Source: Candidatus Sumerlaeota bacterium (GTDB lineage: Bacteria > Sumerlaeota > Sumerlaeia > SLMS01 > JAHLLQ01). From it: a stretch of DNA of 64,000 nt. Position 1 is the first letter of the stretch, and each line of letters starts with the position of its first letter. The stretch spans positions 74,643-138,642 of the forward strand of contig JASGMJ010000009.1 in assembly GCA_030156535.1 (NCBI GenBank). The letters are read 5' to 3'. Under the pieces are notes generated by a model. That model saw only the letters and a list, made by a program, of their open reading frames with translations. It was not told where the DNA came from and did not search any database. This document shows positions 27,928 through 37,860 of the stretch, piece by piece. Position numbers and translations under genes: made by a program.

Positions 27928-29046
27928 ATGGCCCAAGCTCTTCCCGCTACTCCTCAACGTCTCGTCTCCCTTGATGCTTTCCGCGGATTCACGATCGTCG
28001 CCATGCTGTTCGTGAACAATGCAGGCTATGACGAGGCCTTTCCCGCCCAGTTCCGTCATGCTGCCTGGGGGGATTTCGTTACGTTCTGCGACATGATCTT
28101 CCCCTGGTTCCTGTTCATCATGGGAGTGTCGCTGCCGTTTTCCGCCGCGTCCTTTCGCAAACGCAATCCCGAGGCGGGGCTTGGCCAGTACGCACTCAAG
28201 TGTGCCCGCCGCGCCGTCCTGCTCGTGTTGATGGGAGTCCTGATCGATTGCAGCATCCACAAGCGCATTCACGTTGGCATGAACGTGCTCCAGCTCATCG
28301 GTCTCGCCTTCTTTGTGGCTGCCATGCTGTACGAGACTCCCCGGCGCGTTCGCTTTGCCGTGGCTGCCGCGTCGCTGGTGCTCTACTGGATACTGATTCG
28401 CTTCATTCCGCTTCCGGGGCTGGAGGCCGGCTCGTTCGATGCCGACGCCAATGCCATTGCCTGGATCAACAACCGCCTCCGTCCCTATCATCTCGCCGGA
28501 ATTCTTTCCGTCTTTCCCGCCTCGGCTCTTGTCATCACCGGCACATGGTTCGGCGACCGCCTTCGCGACTCATCCATCAAGCCCATCGCGCAGACGAAGA
28601 CTCTCTTCGCCGTGGGTTCGGTTTTGGCAGTGCTCGGGCTCCTGTGGCATTTCGACCTTGAAATGAGCAAGGCCGTCTGGACGCCGTCGTACATTCTGTT
28701 TGCCGGCGGGCTCGGGGCCATTGTCCTCGGTGCGTTCCACGGCATCATCGACGTGCTCGGCTTTCGCAAGTGGGCGTTTCCGTTTGTCGTCTACGGAATG
28801 AATGCCATTACGGCCTACTTCATTTCCATCATGGTGCGCGTTCACACCGTGCAGGAATGGACGACCAAGTGGGTGGGGAGCGATGGCGTCGAGCAGACCG
28901 TGACGTTGTGGAAGGCCCTGCTGTTCTTCTGGACGGATCTCGCCGGGCGCTTCTGGGGCTCGTGGCTCTTCACCTCCAGCTACATCGCCTTCTGGTTTCT
29001 GGTGCTTCTTTGGATGTACCGCCGCCGCATCTTCTGGCGCGTCTGA
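27928..29046 (+). CDS. Heparan-alpha-glucosaminide N-acetyltransferase / NagX-like membrane protein
   Basis: RLVSLDAFRGFTI, DMIFPWFLFIMGVS, VLQLIGL, KAVWTPSY, YGMNAI, MYRRRIFWRV. Confidence 0.85.
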   Translation: MAQALPATPQRLVSLDAFRGFTIVAMLFVNNAGYDEAFPAQFRHAAWGDFVTFCDMIFPWFLFIMGVSLPFSAASFRKRNPEAGLGQYALKCARRAVLLVLMGVLIDCSIHKRIHVGMNVLQLIGLAFFVAAMLYETPRRVRFAVAAASLVLYWILIRFIPLPGLEAGSFDADANAIAWINNRLRPYHLAGILSVFPASALVITGTWFGDRLRDSSIKPIAQTKTLFAVGSVLAVLGLLWHFDLEMSKAVWTPSYILFAGGLGAIVLGAFHGIIDVLGFRKWAFPFVVYGMNAITAYFISIMVRVHTVQEWTTKWVGSDGVEQTVTLWKALLFFWTDLAGRFWGSWLFTSSYIAFWFLVLLWMYRRRIFWRV

Positions 29047-30653
29047 TGTCCCGACGGCCTTCCACGCCTCCGGGCTGTCCGCTGCGTGCGGTGGTCGAAG
29101 AAATCCTCCCCGCCGGAGAGTACCCCGGCCTCGCGCGTGTGCTGGCGCCTCATCGTGCCGCAGCGCTGGCTCTCCTTGAGAGTACCCGGCTGAAGCAGGC
29201 GGACTCGGCGGCCCTGGCGGCGCTTCTCGACAAACACTTTCCCGCACGCCCCGGCGCGGTGCGGCGTTCGTTTCACGAGCCACCGTGCGCCGCACCCGAT
29301 GAGACCGTCGCGTTTCACTGGGCGAACGAGCACCAGATCCTCGTCCCCGGTGCCTCACGCGGGAGCGGTCTCGGCGATCTCTTCCTCTGTCCCAACCTGC
29401 GGACTCATCTTACCGCCCTCGCTCCGGAGGGCACCGCCGCTCAGCAGCTTTTCCGTGTCTTTGCCGACGCGGAAGAAGGTCTTCTCGGCCTCTTTCATCA
29501 ACTGCGCCGCGTGACCGAGTCGCGGTGGTACGTGTCTCTCGACCGCGTTCCTTCCGCGCTCCTGCCGCGCGTCGTGGCCGCAGAATCCCAACAGGAGGCC
29601 TGGCTGCGCGATCATGGCGTCGATGCGGCCTCCATGACGCCGTCCGCTCTCGCCGTTGCCCACCCCGGTCTCCCCGTGGACACCGGGGTGCTCGACGAAC
29701 AGCTTGCCAGTGAGTTGCTCTCCTCGCTCGCTCCGCTCGATCAGTGCCTCGATGGCCTTCTCCTGCATGCCGACAACCTCGATGCCCTTCGCCTGCTCGC
29801 GCCGCACTTCGAGGGCAGGGTCCGAACCGTCTACATCGATCCTCCCTTCAATACCGAGGATGGGCGATTCCTCTACCGTGACGCCTACGAGCGTGCCGTC
29901 TGGCTGACGTTCATGGCCAACCGGATCGACGCGGCGCTGTCGCTTCTCGCGTCCGACGGTTCCTTCTTTGCCCACATTGACTACAACGAGAAGGAACACC
30001 TGAAGCTGCTGCTCGAAGCGCGCCTCGCGTACATCACCGAAATCATCTGGCGGATTGGCTGGATTTCCGGCTTCAAGTCCCGCGCGCGCAAGTTCATCCG
30101 CAACCACGAGACGATCTACCACTTCGCCAAAGCCCCCCGTCCCTTTTTTCGCAAAGTCTACCTTCCCTACCCGCCGGGCTATGTGCGGCGGGGGAGTGGC
30201 AAGCCGGCCGGCAAGGGCATTCCTCTCGACGACACGTGGAACTGTTCCGAGGCCGATCCGCTCGCTTCCATCCAGATCATGAGCTTCTCGCGCGAGAAGG
30301 CTGGAAGCCAGCAGCTGACCCAGAAGAACGAGAACCTTCTCGAACGCATGATCGAAGCGACCTCCGAGCCGGGCGACTGGGTGCTTGATTTCTTTCTCGG
30401 TTCGGGGACGACAGCGGCCACGGCCCAGAAGATGGGGCGCCGCTGGATCGGGATCGAGGTGGGCGAGGCCTTTGATTCCTTCACCCTTCCGCGCCTCAAG
30501 CGTGTCCTGTACGGTGATCCGTATGGGATCTCGGAGAAACGGGGCCATCCGCGCGGCGGCATCTTCCGCGTGGTTCGGCTGGAATCCTTCGTGGAGGCCC
30601 TGGAAAACGCCGGTGCGCCGCCGCCCCCGGCCTTCGATCCCTTTGCCCCCTAA
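29046..30653 (+). CDS. Site-specific DNA methyltransferase (beta class, type III Mod-like)
   Basis: Motif IV YIDPPFNT precedes motif I LDFFLGSGTT; TQKNENLLER; RRWIGIE; TGATG overlap with upstream gene. Confidence 0.88.
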   Translation: MSRRPSTPPGCPLRAVVEEILPAGEYPGLARVLAPHRAAALALLESTRLKQADSAALAALLDKHFPARPGAVRRSFHEPPCAAPDETVAFHWANEHQILVPGASRGSGLGDLFLCPNLRTHLTALAPEGTAAQQLFRVFADAEEGLLGLFHQLRRVTESRWYVSLDRVPSALLPRVVAAESQQEAWLRDHGVDAASMTPSALAVAHPGLPVDTGVLDEQLASELLSSLAPLDQCLDGLLLHADNLDALRLLAPHFEGRVRTVYIDPPFNTEDGRFLYRDAYERAVWLTFMANRIDAALSLLASDGSFFAHIDYNEKEHLKLLLEARLAYITEIIWRIGWISGFKSRARKFIRNHETIYHFAKAPRPFFRKVYLPYPPGYVRRGSGKPAGKGIPLDDTWNCSEADPLASIQIMSFSREKAGSQQLTQKNENLLERMIEATSEPGDWVLDFFLGSGTTAATAQKMGRRWIGIEVGEAFDSFTLPRLKRVLYGDPYGISEKRGHPRGGIFRVVRLESFVEALENAGAPPPPAFDPFAP

Positions 30654-30767
30654 TGACAGAACCCGCCCAACCGCTGATGCGGGGGACGGGTTCCGAGTCT
30701 TCTACCGGCTCCGATCCCGGCGGGATAACGGACCGGGTTTCCGGTAGAAAGGAAGGATTGGGTCCTC

Positions 30768-32648
30768 TCAGGGGTTTGCCGGAGGGTAGTTCTGAATCCG
30801 GATCAAGTCCACCTGTAAGTCCTGAAGGTAAATCGTCTTGTCCGACGTTTCAAACAAAATCCTGTCGCTGGGTGTCGCGAAGGCCTCGAAACTGAGCAAA
30901 TCCCAGGCGGCATGCATGTCGAGACTGCCTCCTGCCGCCTTGGCTGGGACCGGCAGGTAGGAATACACGTAGCGATCTTCATTCAGACGCGGGACGAATG
31001 TGGCGCTACTGATGTCCAGAATCCCCGTCTCCGCAACGGTTGTGAAGTCGGTGGGCATGATTCGCAGGCGCTGCTCGGGCACCTTGTATCCGCTGGGTTC
31101 GTCCGCGCCGAGGCGGGCACGTGCCCGGACGAACAGGGCTCCGCTCTGTCCTGTCAGGTCGGCCGTCAGTGTTCCGGGGAGGTTCTGCCAATTGCCGTGT
31201 GCACCGTCCGGATCGGGGGCGGACATCTGGAGGGCCCCGCTTCCTGTTGCTGAATCCGGTGCAACAAACTGGCTGTAAGTGAAGAACTGCCAGTCGTCAA
31301 ATTGGGTCGCCGTCTCGAAGTCCCAGTCTTTCACGGGGGCGACGTACTCGATGCTTTCAAGCGGCACGACGTAGATTTCCACCCGGTCGATCAGGTACCC
31401 GCCATTGATCGCGTCGCCTCCTGGTGTGCTGGTCTGGTCGGCATTGATGATGTCTGCGGAAACGTAATAGGTACGGTCCTGAGCCGCCTGTTCATACATC
31501 AGGGGATGCGGGTGGATCAGCAGGTCGATCGGCTGGGACTCATAGATGTCCGGAATGCCGCTGGCATCGTTGACGCTTGGCATGATGAGCGAGTGATAGG
31601 ACTCGAAATTCTTCGAGTTCGCTCTCAGGCGCAGGGTGGGCGCCAGATTGCGATCCGCCACGGCACGGCGCACCCAGTAGCGCAGGAGATAGTGCGGGCC
31701 CTGGCGCTCCCAAAGTGCGCCTGTCTGCGTGGAGTCGGCCATCGGATCGAAAGGCAGCATCTCCAGGGCATTCGCGGGCGAGACAAAATATCCGTAGGTC
31801 TCGTCGTTGTCGTCGTCGCTGGCAAGACCCAGGTACCCTGGGTTCACCATCGTGAAGGGTTCGCGGAAAACAGTGCTCGCGACGTAGGACCATCCCTCCG
31901 CGTCCTGATCGAAGCCGTAGCTGCGCAGGAGATCCGGCGCTGTGGGAAACAGGACTTCGAGGGAAACGGCGATATATTGCGGGGAATTCGTCGCTTCCGG
32001 TGCGGAAACCGTGATCCTGGCGGTGTAGTTGCCAGGCGAAAGATTTCCTGCATCAAAGGATACCGTGATCGTATCCGCCTCACCCGTGGAAGAGCCAGCA
32101 GCCGGCGACACGGACAGCCACGTGGAAGTTTCTGACACGGTATAGTTCAGCGTCCCTCGGCCGCTGTTGCGCACGGTGAAGATTTCGTTCGGTGCATTGG
32201 CGCCCATTTCGATCGTCTTCGAGAGCGTCGTCTGACTCAGTTCGATAGTTGGAGGAACATACTGGAAGCTCAGCGTAAACGGATCCTGTGCCGTTCCGAG
32301 GTTGGAACGGTTTCCCTGAGAGTCCTCTGCTTCGAAATAATACTCCCAGTCGCTCGAAGCTGCCTGCGGACCCGGAAGGGTCACGGAGAAAAGGGAGCCT
32401 CCCGCATTCTGAAGTGACGTGCTATGGAACGTCGTTTCGGTAGCAACACGGTAGAAGAATGGTGTGTCGACAATGGCACTTTCGTCCGTGATGGTCGCTT
32501 CGAACGTGATGCTGTCGACGGGGACAAGGACGGGTTCAGCGGGTTTGGTGTGCTGAATAACAGGGGGAGTTGTGTCCTGGGCCTGTACGGAGGCGAAGGC
32601 ACCGGCGAGCAGCGCCAGAAGGGCAAGGAAGGGCTTCAGAATTTTCAC
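30768..32648 (-). CDS. Secreted multidomain beta-rich protein (Ig-like + BACON-like + tandem C-terminal modules)
   Basis: Signal peptide MKILKPFLALLALLAGAFASVQA; DTTPPVIQHT; RNSGRGTLNYTVSETSTWLSVSP; GTG start with GGAGG upstream. Confidence 0.78.
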   Translation of the reverse strand: MKILKPFLALLALLAGAFASVQAQDTTPPVIQHTKPAEPVLVPVDSITFEATITDESAIVDTPFFYRVATETTFHSTSLQNAGGSLFSVTLPGPQAASSDWEYYFEAEDSQGNRSNLGTAQDPFTLSFQYVPPTIELSQTTLSKTIEMGANAPNEIFTVRNSGRGTLNYTVSETSTWLSVSPAAGSSTGEADTITVSFDAGNLSPGNYTARITVSAPEATNSPQYIAVSLEVLFPTAPDLLRSYGFDQDAEGWSYVASTVFREPFTMVNPGYLGLASDDDNDETYGYFVSPANALEMLPFDPMADSTQTGALWERQGPHYLLRYWVRRAVADRNLAPTLRLRANSKNFESYHSLIMPSVNDASGIPDIYESQPIDLLIHPHPLMYEQAAQDRTYYVSADIINADQTSTPGGDAINGGYLIDRVEIYVVPLESIEYVAPVKDWDFETATQFDDWQFFTYSQFVAPDSATGSGALQMSAPDPDGAHGNWQNLPGTLTADLTGQSGALFVRARARLGADEPSGYKVPEQRLRIMPTDFTTVAETGILDISSATFVPRLNEDRYVYSYLPVPAKAAGGSLDMHAAWDLLSFEAFATPSDRILFETSDKTIYLQDLQVDLIRIQNYPPANP

Positions 32649-32795
32649 AATATCAGTGTTCCTCCGCGAATCTGATCCACACCGGATAAGGTCGGGCGGT
32701 GTGAGGCAAAGGTCAAGCAGCCCTTTGTCGTTCTTGCGCCGCCGGACGGCCGGGGGTACTCCGAATGCGACTCCCGAACGGAAAGGTGCCCCCCC

Positions 32796-34376
32796 ATGAG
32801 TGTCTCGTCCTGGCAGCGTTACAAGGAACTCCTCTGTGCGCCGGAAGGTCTCGGTCTGCGTCTCGACATCAGCCGCATGGCCTTTCCCGAGGACTTCCTC
32901 GACCGCATGGAGGAGCCCATCCAGCACGCCTTCAAGGCCATGGCAAAGCTCGAAGCGGGCGCCATCGCCAACCCCGACGAGAACCGGCAGGTGGGGCACT
33001 ACTGGTTGCGCAATCCCGCTATCGCTCCGGAAGGACCGCGCCGCGAGACCGAGCGGGCTCTCGCTCTCGTCAAGAAAACCGCCTCGGCCGTTCACTCCGG
33101 CGCGATTGCTCCTCCCGCGGGCGGTAAGTTCGAGAACGTCCTCGTCGTCGGTATCGGCGGCAGCGCTCTCGGCCCCCAGTTCGTTGGCGCCGCGCTCCGC
33201 ACGCCTGCTGACAAGATGCGCACCTACTTCATCGACAACACCGACCCCGACGGCATCGACCTCGTCCTGGCGCAGCTCGGTTCCGCGCTGGCGAAAACTC
33301 TGGTCCTTGTCATCAGCAAGTCGGGTGGCACCAAGGAAACCCGCAACGGCATGGTCGAGACCCAAAGGGCCTTCAAGGCGGCCGGGCTCGATTTTGCCAA
33401 GCAGGCCATCGCGATTACAGGCGAGGGGAGTCAGCTCGACGCCGTGGCGGAGAAGGAAGGCTGGCTCGCCCGCATTCCGATGTTCGACTACATCGGCGGC
33501 CGGACGAGCGAGATGAGCGCCGTCGGCCTGCTCCCCGCCGCGCTCCAGGGCATCGACATCGACGCGATGCTCGCGGGTGCCGCCGCCATGGACGAGGCCA
33601 CGCGCTCGACCACCACGCGCTCGAACCCCGCTGCTCTGCTGGCCCTCATGTGGCACCACGCGACGAACGGGCGTGGCGAGAAGGACATGGTGGTCCTGCC
33701 CTACAAGGACCGCCTTGAACTCTTCAGCAAGTACCTCCAGCAACTTGTCATGGAATCACTCGGCAAGGAGCTCGACCTCGACGGCCGCGTCGTGAATCAG
33801 GGCATCGCCGTCTACGGCAACAAAGGGTCCACGGATCAGCACGCCTACGTGCAGCAGTTGCGCGAAGGCGTGAACAACTTCTTCGTCGTCTTCATCGAGG
33901 TGCTGAAGGACCGCGCCGGAACTTCCATGGAAGTCGAGCCGCAGGCGACCACGGGCGATTATCTCAACGGGTTCCTGCTGGGTACGCGCGACGCGCTTTC
34001 GGAAAAGGCACGCGAATCCATGACAATCACCGTGCAGCAGGTTGATGCCGCAACGGTCGGCAAGCTCATCGCTCTCTTCGAACGCGCGGTTGGCCTGTAC
34101 GCCACGCTGGTCAACATCAACGCCTACCACCAGCCCGGCGTGGAAGCGGGCAAGAAGGCCGCGGGCGAAGTGCTCGCACTCCAGCGGCGTCTTCTCGGAG
34201 CCATCGACGCCGAGCCCGGTGAAATGCGCACGGCCGACGAGTGGGCCGAGGTACTGGAGGCCCCCGAGCATACCGAACGTGTCTGGATGATTCTGGAGCA
34301 CCTCGCTGCGAACGACCGCCTCGTGCGGCGCGGAAGCGTGCATCCGGAGAGCGCGACGTTTGGGCGCGGGGCGTAG
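32796..34376 (+). CDS. pgi: Glucose-6-phosphate isomerase
   Basis: [64 protein letters not shown]. Confidence 0.96.
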   Translation: MSVSSWQRYKELLCAPEGLGLRLDISRMAFPEDFLDRMEEPIQHAFKAMAKLEAGAIANPDENRQVGHYWLRNPAIAPEGPRRETERALALVKKTASAVHSGAIAPPAGGKFENVLVVGIGGSALGPQFVGAALRTPADKMRTYFIDNTDPDGIDLVLAQLGSALAKTLVLVISKSGGTKETRNGMVETQRAFKAAGLDFAKQAIAITGEGSQLDAVAEKEGWLARIPMFDYIGGRTSEMSAVGLLPAALQGIDIDAMLAGAAAMDEATRSTTTRSNPAALLALMWHHATNGRGEKDMVVLPYKDRLELFSKYLQQLVMESLGKELDLDGRVVNQGIAVYGNKGSTDQHAYVQQLREGVNNFFVVFIEVLKDRAGTSMEVEPQATTGDYLNGFLLGTRDALSEKARESMTITVQQVDAATVGKLIALFERAVGLYATLVNINAYHQPGVEAGKKAAGEVLALQRRLLGAIDAEPGEMRTADEWAEVLEAPEHTERVWMILEHLAANDRLVRRGSVHPESATFGRGA

Positions 34377-34379
34377 GCC

Positions 34380-36311
34380 TCAGTCCCCGAAGTTGCCGAT
34401 CAGAATGCGGTCCGGTCCAAGCACCGTGTGGCGGAACCCCGGAGTGGCGAAGATGTTGGCGCCGGGGTCCTCGATCCGATTGCCCGTGGAGAGAGCGACC
34501 CTGATATCGCCAAACTGGCTGAACTGCACAACGTCCATCATCGCGTCGCCATTGATGTCGCCCGCGAAAATGTGCCAGCCAAAGCCAAGGTAGGGCGCGT
34601 AAACGAGACTCGTTGTTCCCCAATTCTGTGGAGCCGAAAACGACGCACCGTTCGAGATTGCGAACCAGACAACCCCGTTGTTGTCGAGGAAGCCGACGTC
34701 CATGCGGCTGTCACCGTTCGGGTCGCAGAGAAACGCCGGAGTCGCGGACTGGGGGTCGATCGTTGTTCCCCGGTAGGAGCGGAAGAATCCCGTGTCCGCC
34801 CAGACAGCCGGGAGGTCGAACGTCGCCGCCGAAGCAAGAGCGACGGAGAGAACGCCCGTGGGGCTGAGGTACACGAGATCGGCCTTGCCGTCGGCATTCA
34901 CGTCGCCGACCGAGACCCAGTGCTCCTCATTCGGCCGGTGCTGAAAGCCCGTCTCGCCCCAGAGCACCGGCGTATCGAATCCCAGACCGTTGCTCGCCGC
35001 CACATACACGGCTCCGTCAACCGGTGTGATCTGCACGAGGTCCTGGCGTCCGTCGCCGTTGCAGTCGCCAGCAAACAGGCTCCACCCGTCGTACTCGTTG
35101 AAAACGAAATCGGCCGCGGTCTTGACGGGCGTTTCGATGGAATTCTGCCCCGTGTTGCGTGCCGTGTAGAGATCCCCCTGCGGATCGACGGCAACCAGGT
35201 CGGCATAGCCATCGCCCGTGAAATCGCATGCCAGCGTCAGCCAACCCGTCGGCAGGTCCGTCCTCAGGCCCGACTGTGCGAGCCAGCGCGTGCTCGGTGT
35301 CACACCCGTCGAGCGCGTCAGGGCCACATTGACGTCGGTCGTTCCGTCCATGCCAGCAAAGTCGGGCTTGGCACCGTTGTAGACCGGTTCGTCGCGATTC
35401 AGGATGCGGCGTGCATAGGCGCTTTCGCGCCCCGCAGCGTCGATCGCGAGCATCTCGACGACATTTGCGCCGACTTCCAGATCGGCTGTGAAACTCCACG
35501 CCGACCAGTTGCCCGAATCGTTGGCCGGATTGCGCCACGGCACCGTTGCCGGATCGACGCCCGGAGGAACCAGACGGTAGAGCACTTGCCCCACCGTCCC
35601 GTCGTAGTCCGCCGCGCGCCCTGCCACGACGACGCTTTGCAGCGTATTCGCCAGCGTGCGGTCCATCGGCGGCGCCGTCACTTCCACCACCGGTGGGGTG
35701 GGGAAGGAGGTTCCGGACATCTTGAAGTGCAGCGACCAGCGGTTCACACCGCCCGTGTCGCCCGCTTCGAGATCAAAGACTTTGAGTTTCCACGTGCCGG
35801 TGGCCACCTCACCGTTGAAGAGGGCCAGTTCGTCCGCCGGGCGAAAGCGTCCCGCGAAGGGAGCCTGGCCGCGCGCTTTCTGGATCGAAACGGCTGCGGC
35901 GTCGTCGAAAATCGTAGAAGCGAAATTGCGGTCGGTCTCGTTGGCGGGCACGCGGTCGGCCAGCACAACCTCCGTCCCCGCAGGCGAGACGAGCACCAGG
36001 CGCAAGTCGCTCACATACGGATGATCAATGCCGTTGTTCGTGTCTTCCACCACCGTCGTCGGCAGGCCGCCTGCATCGAGCGACACATCGAGGTCCTGAA
36101 TCGTGCCCGAAACTCCCGAAACAGTGATCGGAATCTCGACTCCGTCCGTGCTGTTGTCGGGAATGGCTGCACGCTGGGCCTTGTAGGAAAACGTCTGGGC
36201 AGCGGCGGGCAGGGTGCCCAGCACGGCAAGTGCGGCAGCGAGGTGCTGAAGGCAGGGGCGTAATTTCAGGGGCACGGTCGTCTCCGGTTGCGGAACCTTC
36301 GGCGCAGTCAT
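34380..36311 (-). CDS. Secreted protein with proprotein-convertase P-domain, Ig-like domain and FG-GAP/VCBS repeats
   Basis: AIPDN, IDHPYVSDLRLVLVSPAGT, GTWKLKVFD; repeats DFTGDGYADL, GDCNGDGRQDL, GDVNADGKADL, DPNGDSRMDV, GDINGDAMMDV. Confidence 0.85.
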   Translation of the reverse strand: MTAPKVPQPETTVPLKLRPCLQHLAAALAVLGTLPAAAQTFSYKAQRAAIPDNSTDGVEIPITVSGVSGTIQDLDVSLDAGGLPTTVVEDTNNGIDHPYVSDLRLVLVSPAGTEVVLADRVPANETDRNFASTIFDDAAAVSIQKARGQAPFAGRFRPADELALFNGEVATGTWKLKVFDLEAGDTGGVNRWSLHFKMSGTSFPTPPVVEVTAPPMDRTLANTLQSVVVAGRAADYDGTVGQVLYRLVPPGVDPATVPWRNPANDSGNWSAWSFTADLEVGANVVEMLAIDAAGRESAYARRILNRDEPVYNGAKPDFAGMDGTTDVNVALTRSTGVTPSTRWLAQSGLRTDLPTGWLTLACDFTGDGYADLVAVDPQGDLYTARNTGQNSIETPVKTAADFVFNEYDGWSLFAGDCNGDGRQDLVQITPVDGAVYVAASNGLGFDTPVLWGETGFQHRPNEEHWVSVGDVNADGKADLVYLSPTGVLSVALASAATFDLPAVWADTGFFRSYRGTTIDPQSATPAFLCDPNGDSRMDVGFLDNNGVVWFAISNGASFSAPQNWGTTSLVYAPYLGFGWHIFAGDINGDAMMDVVQFSQFGDIRVALSTGNRIEDPGANIFATPGFRHTVLGPDRILIGNFGD

Positions 36312-36358
36312 GCTCGGAGAGGGGCCGGGCCGTCAACGCCAAGCCACAAGCCGCTGCC

Positions 36359-37849
36359 TCAGGGTTGTGAGAGTTTGTCCGCCATGGTTATCAGCATCTT
36401 CCAGAACTTGGCGACCGAGCGGACAAAGACCCGTTCCTCCGGCGTATGGGGTTCCTCGATCCGGGGACCGAACGAAATCATCCGGATTCCGGGGATCTTG
36501 TCGCCAATGATTCCGGTTTCCAGGCCGCCATGGATTGTCGCCACGCGCGGGGCGGCGCCGAACAGTTGCTCATAGACGGTGCGTGCCGTTTGGAGCAGGG
36601 GAGAATCGTGGTCCGGCTGCCAGGGCGGGTAACGGAACTTGCCGCGAAAGCCTGCGCCCGTGCGCTTGGCCTCGCGCTCCAGGTGGGCGACGACTTCGGC
36701 GAGCTTCTCCTGCCGGAGCGAGCGGATCGAGATTTCCGCTTCAACTCCGAAGCGGCCGTTCTCGCGGGTCTCCCGCAGCAACGCCACATTGCACGACGTT
36801 TCCAGAATTCGAGGGTCGTGCTCGTCGTGGGCCAGCACGCCATGGGGCAGCATCGCCGTGGCATCGGCGAAGGCGTCGCTGTCCGCGCTGTTCCACGCCT
36901 CGCTCGCAGGCACGTCTGCACGGAGCACCTCAATCTCCAGTCCAGACCCATGGGGGCCCAGAAGAACCCGGACTTCATCGCGAATCGCCTGCGCCAGACT
37001 CCCGGCGATGCTCTCCAGTGCGGGAGAAACTGCCACCGTGCAGCGCGCATCCCGGGGGATGGCATTCGTCCGGGAACCGCCCGAGCACGAAGCAAGCCGC
37101 CATTCGCCCGTGGGCAGCCGCTGCAGCAGCCGCGCCAGCACCAGGATGGCGTTGCCGCGCGACTCGTGAATCTCCAAACCCGAATGTCCGCCACGCAGTC
37201 CGTCGACGACGATCTCCAGCGTCAGCCAGTCGGCAGGAACGGGTTGCAGAGCCCGCGTCCAGTCCAGCCATCCCGAAGCGCCGCCGACGCATCCCACGTA
37301 CAGCGCGTCGTCCTCCTCGCTGTCGAGGTTCAGTAACGTTCGGCCGTGAACCATCGAAGCATCGAGGCCATGGGCCCCGGACATACCCGACTCTTCGTTC
37401 ACCGTCGCGAGAATCTCGAGAGGCCCGTGGGGAAGATCAGGCGAATCGGCGAGCGCCAGTGCGGCACACAGGCCCATGCCGTTGTCCGCGCCGAGCGTCG
37501 TGCCGTCCGCGTGAACGATCGATTCACCGTAGTGCTCCCCCAGCACCAGGCGGATCGGGTCCTTGTCGAAATCGTGCGAGCTGCCGGGTGCCTTGATCGT
37601 CACCATGTCCATGTGGGCCTGCAAAACAACGATCGGCGCCTTGTCTCGGCCTTCGCTTGCGGGAACGCGCAGGAGCACATTCCCGGCGCCGTCGGTTTGG
37701 GACTGCCAACCCTTTTGACGGGCCGTTTCGATCAGGAAGGCACGCACCCCCTCCTCTCGTTCCGACGGGCGCGGAATCGCCGCCAATGCCTGGAAGTAAC
37801 GCCAGACGGCGCGTGGCTCGAGTTCCCCAATGCTGCTCATTGTCTTCAC
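36359..37849 (-). CDS. pepD: Aminoacyl-histidine dipeptidase (M20C)
   Basis: IPRPS, LQAHMDMV, TTLGADNG, EESGMSGA, NLDSEE, GLRGGHSG, IHGGLETG, SFGP. Confidence 0.93.
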   Translation of the reverse strand: MKTMSSIGELEPRAVWRYFQALAAIPRPSEREEGVRAFLIETARQKGWQSQTDGAGNVLLRVPASEGRDKAPIVVLQAHMDMVTIKAPGSSHDFDKDPIRLVLGEHYGESIVHADGTTLGADNGMGLCAALALADSPDLPHGPLEILATVNEESGMSGAHGLDASMVHGRTLLNLDSEEDDALYVGCVGGASGWLDWTRALQPVPADWLTLEIVVDGLRGGHSGLEIHESRGNAILVLARLLQRLPTGEWRLASCSGGSRTNAIPRDARCTVAVSPALESIAGSLAQAIRDEVRVLLGPHGSGLEIEVLRADVPASEAWNSADSDAFADATAMLPHGVLAHDEHDPRILETSCNVALLRETRENGRFGVEAEISIRSLRQEKLAEVVAHLEREAKRTGAGFRGKFRYPPWQPDHDSPLLQTARTVYEQLFGAAPRVATIHGGLETGIIGDKIPGIRMISFGPRIEEPHTPEERVFVRSVAKFWKMLITMADKLSQP

Positions 37850-37860
37850 TCCCCGGATGT

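Noticed and set aside
32649-33743. N-terminal ~365 aa of the 991-aa ORF 30768..33743
   Set aside because: Antisense shadow of pgi; a signal peptide and RBS place the real start at GTG 32648
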